Below are positions 59,242-64,000 of a DNA stretch of 64,000 bases, one piece after another (position 1 is the first letter of the stretch; each line of letters opens with the position of its first letter). Where the stretch lies: positions 132 through 64,131 of the forward strand of contig DATDVT010000045.1 in the NCBI GenBank assembly GCA_035289905.1, given 5' to 3'. The notes under the pieces are model-generated. The model was not told where the DNA came from. It was given only the letters and a program-made list of their open reading frames with translations, and searched no databases. Source of the DNA: Candidatus Nanoarchaeia archaeon (lineage in GTDB: Archaea; Nanobdellota; Nanobdellia; SCGC-AAA011-G17; GW2011-AR18). Position numbers and translations under genes: made by a program.

Positions 59242-60114
59242 CTAAAATAATTGCGGGGTAATAAATACTTCTACTAAAGCACCCACCAATAATAAACCAA
59301 CCGCAATTAATAATAATACTAATGCATCAAACATTATATTCTTAAATTTTTTGGTGTTAGCGCCATGGTTTATAATACCAACAGAAATAATTCCACCTGC
59401 TAAACCTCCTATAAAATAAGCAACAATCTCAAATACACCGTGGACCATATATCTCATTAGACTTAGAGAAAAAATATGCAAATAAACAGCCACTTTATTA
59501 AAACCAAAAAAACCTGCATAATTCCCTAACAAATTTCTAAAATAGGTTCCCATAGCAGCTGAAATAACAGATGCATTCCAAGTTAAAATAAAAATAGAAC
59601 CAGCACCAAAGAAAAAGGCAAAAAATACACAAAAAATCAATACTTTAACATTATTACTCAATATACTTAAAAAAGTATCTAAGCCAAGTCCATAGTTTAT
59701 AGTACCAGCAGTCATTATTTTAATAACATTAGAATTAATTGATTCTATAGTAGCTAATTGTGTATTAAACATCATATTTACAGTATTTTGAGGCAAAAAA
59801 ATAAACCACATTGAAAAACTAACAACGAAACCTAAAAATAAACATGTTAAAAATAATATTGCTTTACTATGTTCTACAAGAATAGTTTTCTCAGAATCTT
59901 CTCTCCAATCTTCTTCTTCTTCTTCTTCTATAGTAGCATACATCAAAGGCACAGAAACAACAACGGTTAAAAAAACCATTATTAAAGAAGTCTGTGCTTT
60001 AAAAACCCATAAACTAAACAATACAGCCATACTTGAAAATAATAAACCTAAAAGAAATAACTTCAAAGGCTTTTGTTTGGCTGTTTGTGGATCAATTAAA
60101 GATTCTAAAACCAT
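59242..60114 (-). CDS. polytopic membrane protein (unknown; SpoIIM/DUF95-like?) with poly-Glu loop
   Basis: 290 aa; EEEEEEDWRED encoded by (GAA/GAG)n tract near 59905-59930; 8-nt gap to aglB suggests co-transcription. Confidence 0.35.
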   Translation of the reverse strand: MVLESLIDPQTAKQKPLKLFLLGLLFSSMAVLFSLWVFKAQTSLIMVFLTVVVSVPLMYATIEEEEEEDWREDSEKTILVEHSKAILFLTCLFLGFVVSFSMWFIFLPQNTVNMMFNTQLATIESINSNVIKIMTAGTINYGLGLDTFLSILSNNVKVLIFCVFFAFFFGAGSIFILTWNASVISAAMGTYFRNLLGNYAGFFGFNKVAVYLHIFSLSLMRYMVHGVFEIVAYFIGGLAGGIISVGIINHGANTKKFKNIMFDALVLLLIAVGLLLVGALVEVFITPQLF

Positions 60115-60269
60115 AATAACTAAATCTAAAATACTTATTTATAAAAGTTGTCTAAACTTTCCTAAATAGTTCTGAATCTGCCCAATACGTTAGGGGTAAG
60201 TATTCTTCTATAAGTTGGAATTCAATAACAAACAAAACATTTATAATAAAACAAATTAGAAATCAATCA

Positions 60270-61073
60270 ATGGAAAAATTTGAATTGATTTGTAATAATA
60301 TAAAGAACCTTAAGATACAAGGAGCGCGAAACATAGCTATTGCTGGACTTAAAGCCCTAAAAATTGACTCATCAGAAAAAGCAATAAACCACTTGTTATC
60401 TTTAAGAGCTACAGAACCAACATTAAGAAATGCAATTAATTATGCAAAAAAGAATGGAATTGATGTTGCATTAAACTATTTTGACAAAACATCTCAGCTA
60501 GTGCATAAAAATGCTGCTAAATTAATAAAAAATAATTATATTATTTATACCCATTGTCATTCTTCTATGGTTATTGAATCATTAAAAGAGGCACTACCTA
60601 AAAAATTTATAGTAAATAACACAGAAACAAGACCAAAATTTCAGGGAAGAATTACATCATTGGAATTATCTAAATTAAATATTCCAAATAATCATTTTAT
60701 AGATTCTGCAATGAGACTAGCAATAAAACACGCAACAATTGCTATGTTGGGCTGCGATGCAATTACATATAATTGTAAAATAATAAATAAAATTGGATCA
60801 GAACTAGTAGCTGAAACTTGTTATACTTCTGGTGTACCTTTATATATAATTACAAATTCATGGAAGTATGATAATCAATCTTCAGAATTTAAACCAACAA
60901 TTATTGAAGAAAGGCCTCCAAAAGAGATATGGGGCAACCCACCAAAAAATATAAAAATACATAATTATGCATTTGAAAAGATAAATCCCGAAATAGTAAC
61001 TGCAATAGTCTCTGAATTTGGGATATTAAAACCAAAACAATTTGTAAAATTAGCAAGAGAAAATTTAAGATGA
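60270..61073 (+). CDS. eIF-2B alpha/beta/delta-family protein (aIF-2B subunit / MtnA- or R15P-isomerase-like)
   Basis: 267 aa; IQGARNIAIAGLKAL and GCDAITYNCKIINKIGSELVAETCYTSGVPLYIITNS match family motifs IRGAPAI / GAD.I..NG.V.NKIGT...A......PFYV. Confidence 0.6.
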   Translation: MEKFELICNNIKNLKIQGARNIAIAGLKALKIDSSEKAINHLLSLRATEPTLRNAINYAKKNGIDVALNYFDKTSQLVHKNAAKLIKNNYIIYTHCHSSMVIESLKEALPKKFIVNNTETRPKFQGRITSLELSKLNIPNNHFIDSAMRLAIKHATIAMLGCDAITYNCKIINKIGSELVAETCYTSGVPLYIITNSWKYDNQSSEFKPTIIEERPPKEIWGNPPKNIKIHNYAFEKINPEIVTAIVSEFGILKPKQFVKLARENLR

Positions 61074-61282
61074 AAGCAACACAAAAATTGAAAAAAAAGG
61101 CCAAAGAGACAGAAATAAAGATTAAAATTAAAGCACGAATAACTAGTAAAAAAATAAAAAATACAGTACAAAGAATAGATCATAAAAAAATTGCATTAAG
61201 AGCTGCATTTTTATTACTCCTTCCTTTAGGGATTATAATAAGCTCTGCATATCTAATATGGAATTATCTACTAAAAAAATGA
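61070..61282 (+). CDS. small lysine-rich protein with C-terminal TM helix
   Basis: 70 aa; ORF only. Confidence 0.25.
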   Translation: MKATQKLKKKAKETEIKIKIKARITSKKIKNTVQRIDHKKIALRAAFLLLLPLGIIISSAYLIWNYLLKK

Positions 61283-61912
61283 ATCAATTACTTTGTTTTG
61301 ATTTAGATAATACCCTTATAAATAGTTCAAAAACCCATATTCTTTCTTATAATGCAGCTTTTAAAAAAATGAATCTGCCTGAAAAGTCAGCTAAAGAAAT
61401 AACTTCCTTGCTAGGCCTACCAAAAAAAGAAATGATTAAAATATTACAACCAAATATTAAAAATATAAAGAAAATAGCTTATCTTCATTCTTATTATCTC
61501 CAAAAAAAATATTATAAATATACAAAAATAATACCTTATGTAAAATCAACATTAAAAAAATTATTTTATAGCTATAGTAACTAATATGAGCAATAAAAAA
61601 AATTTAATTTGTTTGTTGAAAAATGCGAAACTAACAAAGGATTATTTTGATGTAATAATCACTGCGAACCACGTAAAACATCCAAAACCAAATCCTGAAG
61701 AAGTATATTTAGCAGAAAAAATAATAAAAGCAAAAACAAAATATGTTATAGGGGATTCAGTCTATGACATATTAACTGCAAGAAATGCAAAAACCAAATC
61801 AATAATTATTTTAGGAGGTTCTAATACACCAATAAAAGAATTAAAAAGATTAAGACCCACCTATATTTTTAAAAGTTTTAAAGAATTAGAATTTTTAATT
61901 AAATCCCCTTAA
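61258..61912 (+). pseudogene. HAD-superfamily hydrolase split by +1 frameshift at ~61584
   Basis: ORF1 carries motif I FDLDNTLI; ORF2 (starts 61586, other frame) carries motif III/IV (K...IGDSVYDILTARNA); together about 216 aa = normal HAD size. Confidence 0.5.
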
Positions 61913-62193
61913 CTATGAGCACCACACCTATTAAAATAAAGATTATTGTAGAATATGAATCTAAATAAATACCTACAAGGGGAACTTTATTCACAAAACC
62001 TGCAAATGGCATTAGTACTAAACCTACACCAAAACCCATTAAAAATTTACTTGTCATATGAAAAGTAAATATTTGAAATTAAAAAACCTTTCGGTATATA
62101 TTTATAGACTTCATCCAAGATTCACAGATTAATCTATCCTTCGATCAAAAGAAAATATTTATGTACGAATATTAATTATTAAATTAAAAAGGA

Positions 62194-62928
62194 GTGTATT
62201 CTATGAAAAAAACAAATGTTTTAAAAGAAAATTTTTCAAATAAAAATAGAATATATTTAACGATAATTGTTCTACTTGGTATTATTGTAATAGCTTTAAC
62301 TATTAACAGTACTATAACCGGAAAAGCATTATTTGGGGGAACAGTTGATCCTACACCATGTGGATTGGTTGGATAAACCTGTATGGGTGGAGATACTTAA
62401 GGTTATAGTGGTGGAATTCCATCAAGTTCTGGTGGTGATCAAATATTCTGTACTGATAGTGATGGTGGAATGTTTGAAGATAGAGGAGGTCATACTACAG
62501 GTCGAATTCCATCATATGGTTTTTTAGTAGATACTGTAACTGATTATTGTATAGGCAATGCTGTTTATGAATACTTTTGTGAGGATGATTATACAGTAGG
62601 TTCTAATAAAATATTTTGTGCTACGAATAGAGAGGCATGTGTTATGACTGAAGATGGAGCAGAATGTATTGGGAGTACAACAGATACACCAGATGGAGAT
62701 GTTAATTTTGGGAATGTAGATCAATGTTATATATTAAGATTACAGTATACTATAAATGGAATAGATACTACATTTGGGGATACAACCTGTTTAGCTGGAA
62801 CAACAAAAATAAGAGCTGAAATCAAAAAAGATTCTAGTAGTGCGAATTTAATAACAATAGCTCCATATCCAAATAATATAGCAAAGGATGCAACTAAACT
62901 AACAGTAACCTATTGTTGTAAACAATAA
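62194..62928 (+). pseudogene. secreted Cys-rich protein gene interrupted by two in-frame TAA codons (62374-62376, 62398-62400)
   Basis: 62194 ORF (signal-peptide-like MKKTNVLK...IIVLLGIIVIALT) and 62401-62928 reading frame are the same frame; downstream part has about 12 Cys and no signal peptide. Confidence 0.35.
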
Positions 62929-62980
62929 TTTTTTATTTTTTTAAATAATATTTATAAAGATTAAGCATATTCATCCTATA

Positions 62981-63961
62981 ATGACAGAAGATATTCATAA
63001 AAAAATTGGGTACATCGCAGCATTAGCCATCTTATTCTATATATCTTATATTATAATAAAACCTTTTATTTCAGCAATATTGGCTAGTTTTTTCTTAGCA
63101 CTTTTATTTTATCCATTACATATTAAATTACAAAAATATGTTAAAAAACCAGCTATTAGTGCGTTTATAATCACAATTTTAATATTACTAATTATTGTAA
63201 TTCCTTTAATTTTTATTGCGGAAGTGATAATAAAAGAATCAATGCTACTTTATAATACATTAGACCTAACAATTATAAAAACATCGGTAGATAATTATAT
63301 TTCTAGTTATGAAAATATAGGAAAATTCATTCCTTCTGCAATAGAAAAGGGGCTTAATTACATTATCTCTGTTGCGTCAAATTTTTTAGTCTCTATACCT
63401 CAAAAGATATTTGCTTTAATTATTATTTTGTATTCAACGTTCTATCTTATATCTGGAGGAGAAGAAATAAGAAAAACAATAAAATCGTTTTTACCTTTTA
63501 AAAATAAAGAACATCTAATTCAAAATGTTTCATCAACAACATTCTCAATAATTTATGGGATTTTCTTAATAGCATTAATAGAAGGAGTAATTACTGTAAT
63601 CGGATTTTCAGTATTGGGAATACACTCTCCTTGGGTATGGGGATTAATTATAGCTTTTTTAGGCCTAATTCCTTTTATAGGGCCTGCAATAATCTGGATA
63701 CCTTTTTTTATATATAAGTTAGCAGAACAAGAAATATTTATAGCAATAGGTTTATTAGTAATTGGTATCATATTAAGTTTTATAGATACGTTTACAAGAC
63801 AAACTGTAATCTATAAAAAAACAAAACTACACCCAGTAATAATTCTAATAGGCCTATTGGGTGGAGCTAAAATGATAGGAATTGTTGGTCTTTTAGTAGG
63901 TCCAATTATTCTCTCAACAGTAATAATTTTATTAGAAACCCATTTTAAAGATGAAACTTAA
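62981..63961 (+). CDS. AI-2E (UPF0118/PerM-like) family transporter
   Basis: 326 aa; 7-8 TM; N-terminal IKPFISAILASFFLALLFYPLHIKL characteristic of the family. Confidence 0.5.
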   Translation: MTEDIHKKIGYIAALAILFYISYIIIKPFISAILASFFLALLFYPLHIKLQKYVKKPAISAFIITILILLIIVIPLIFIAEVIIKESMLLYNTLDLTIIKTSVDNYISSYENIGKFIPSAIEKGLNYIISVASNFLVSIPQKIFALIIILYSTFYLISGGEEIRKTIKSFLPFKNKEHLIQNVSSTTFSIIYGIFLIALIEGVITVIGFSVLGIHSPWVWGLIIAFLGLIPFIGPAIIWIPFFIYKLAEQEIFIAIGLLVIGIILSFIDTFTRQTVIYKKTKLHPVIILIGLLGGAKMIGIVGLLVGPIILSTVIILLETHFKDET

Positions 63962-64000
63962 AACTAAAATAACAAATCTAACTACTGGTGGCCCCTTAGT

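Noticed and set aside
60901-61183. Minus-strand ORFs 60901-61104 and 60965-61183
   Set aside because: Antisense to the eIF-2B-family gene and the small K-rich ORF; hydrophobic low-complexity
62333-62724. ORFs 62333-62527 (+) and 62524-62724 (-)
   Set aside because: Overlap the disrupted Cys-rich gene in other frames; more parsimonious that 62194 and 62401 frames form one interrupted gene
1-64000. CRISPR arrays, rRNA, tRNA
   Set aside because: No regularly spaced direct repeats, no GC-rich structured RNA-like islands (the only GC-rich patches are the transposon IR/hairpins at 2321-2352 and 5219-5275); none called

Overview
AT-rich (roughly 30% GC by eye) archaeal-looking segment. Archaeal markers are an STT3/AglB oligosaccharyltransferase with a WWDYG motif, an Sm-like protein, an aIF-2B-family protein and a Zn-finger IS6-type transposase. 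No rRNA, tRNA or CRISPR array was recognised. About 55 kb (5.4-60.1 kb) is one giant surface-glycan / protein-glycosylation supercluster. It holds AglB, an AglH/WecA-like polyprenyl-P HexNAc-1-P transferase, 2 Wzx-type flippases, 2 UPF0104 flippase-like proteins, about 6 GT2 (several DPM1/Dol-P-sugar-synthase-like), 3 GT4, at least 4 polytopic GT-C-like membrane proteins, 3 DegT aminotransferases, 3 hexapeptide acetyltransferases, 2 SDR epimerase/dehydratases, a CE4 deacetylase and 3 SAM methyltransferases. Unusually, it also holds 11 radical-SAM enzymes: 8 cobalamin-binding class B and 3 SPASM/twitch-type. This radical-SAM-saturated glycosylation locus is the main candidate for an undescribed system; it repeats B12-rSAM + Dol-P-sugar-synthase-like GT2 cassettes and has a BtrN/BtrS-like rSAM + aminotransferase pair. 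Left flank: a purine / 5'-deoxyadenosine salvage pair (APRT, MTAP) and a 2955-bp transposon with perfect 22-bp terminal inverted repeats and a 9-bp target-site duplication. The transposon carries an IS6-like transposase, a HAD hydrolase, a transaldolase/FSA-family gene and an unannotated divergent AbrB-like small ORF with three TTAGATACC promoter repeats. A ~5 kb island (30.4-35.7 kb) interrupts the cluster with an Sm-like protein, a DUF362/4Fe-4S protein, an alkaline-phosphatase-superfamily phosphodiesterase and a Pol-beta nucleotidyltransferase. Right flank: an eIF-2B-family (MtnA-like) isomerase, a frameshifted HAD hydrolase, a secreted Cys-rich gene interrupted by two in-frame TAA codons, and an AI-2E-family transporter. 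All calls rest on reading motifs in the supplied translations; no database search was possible.
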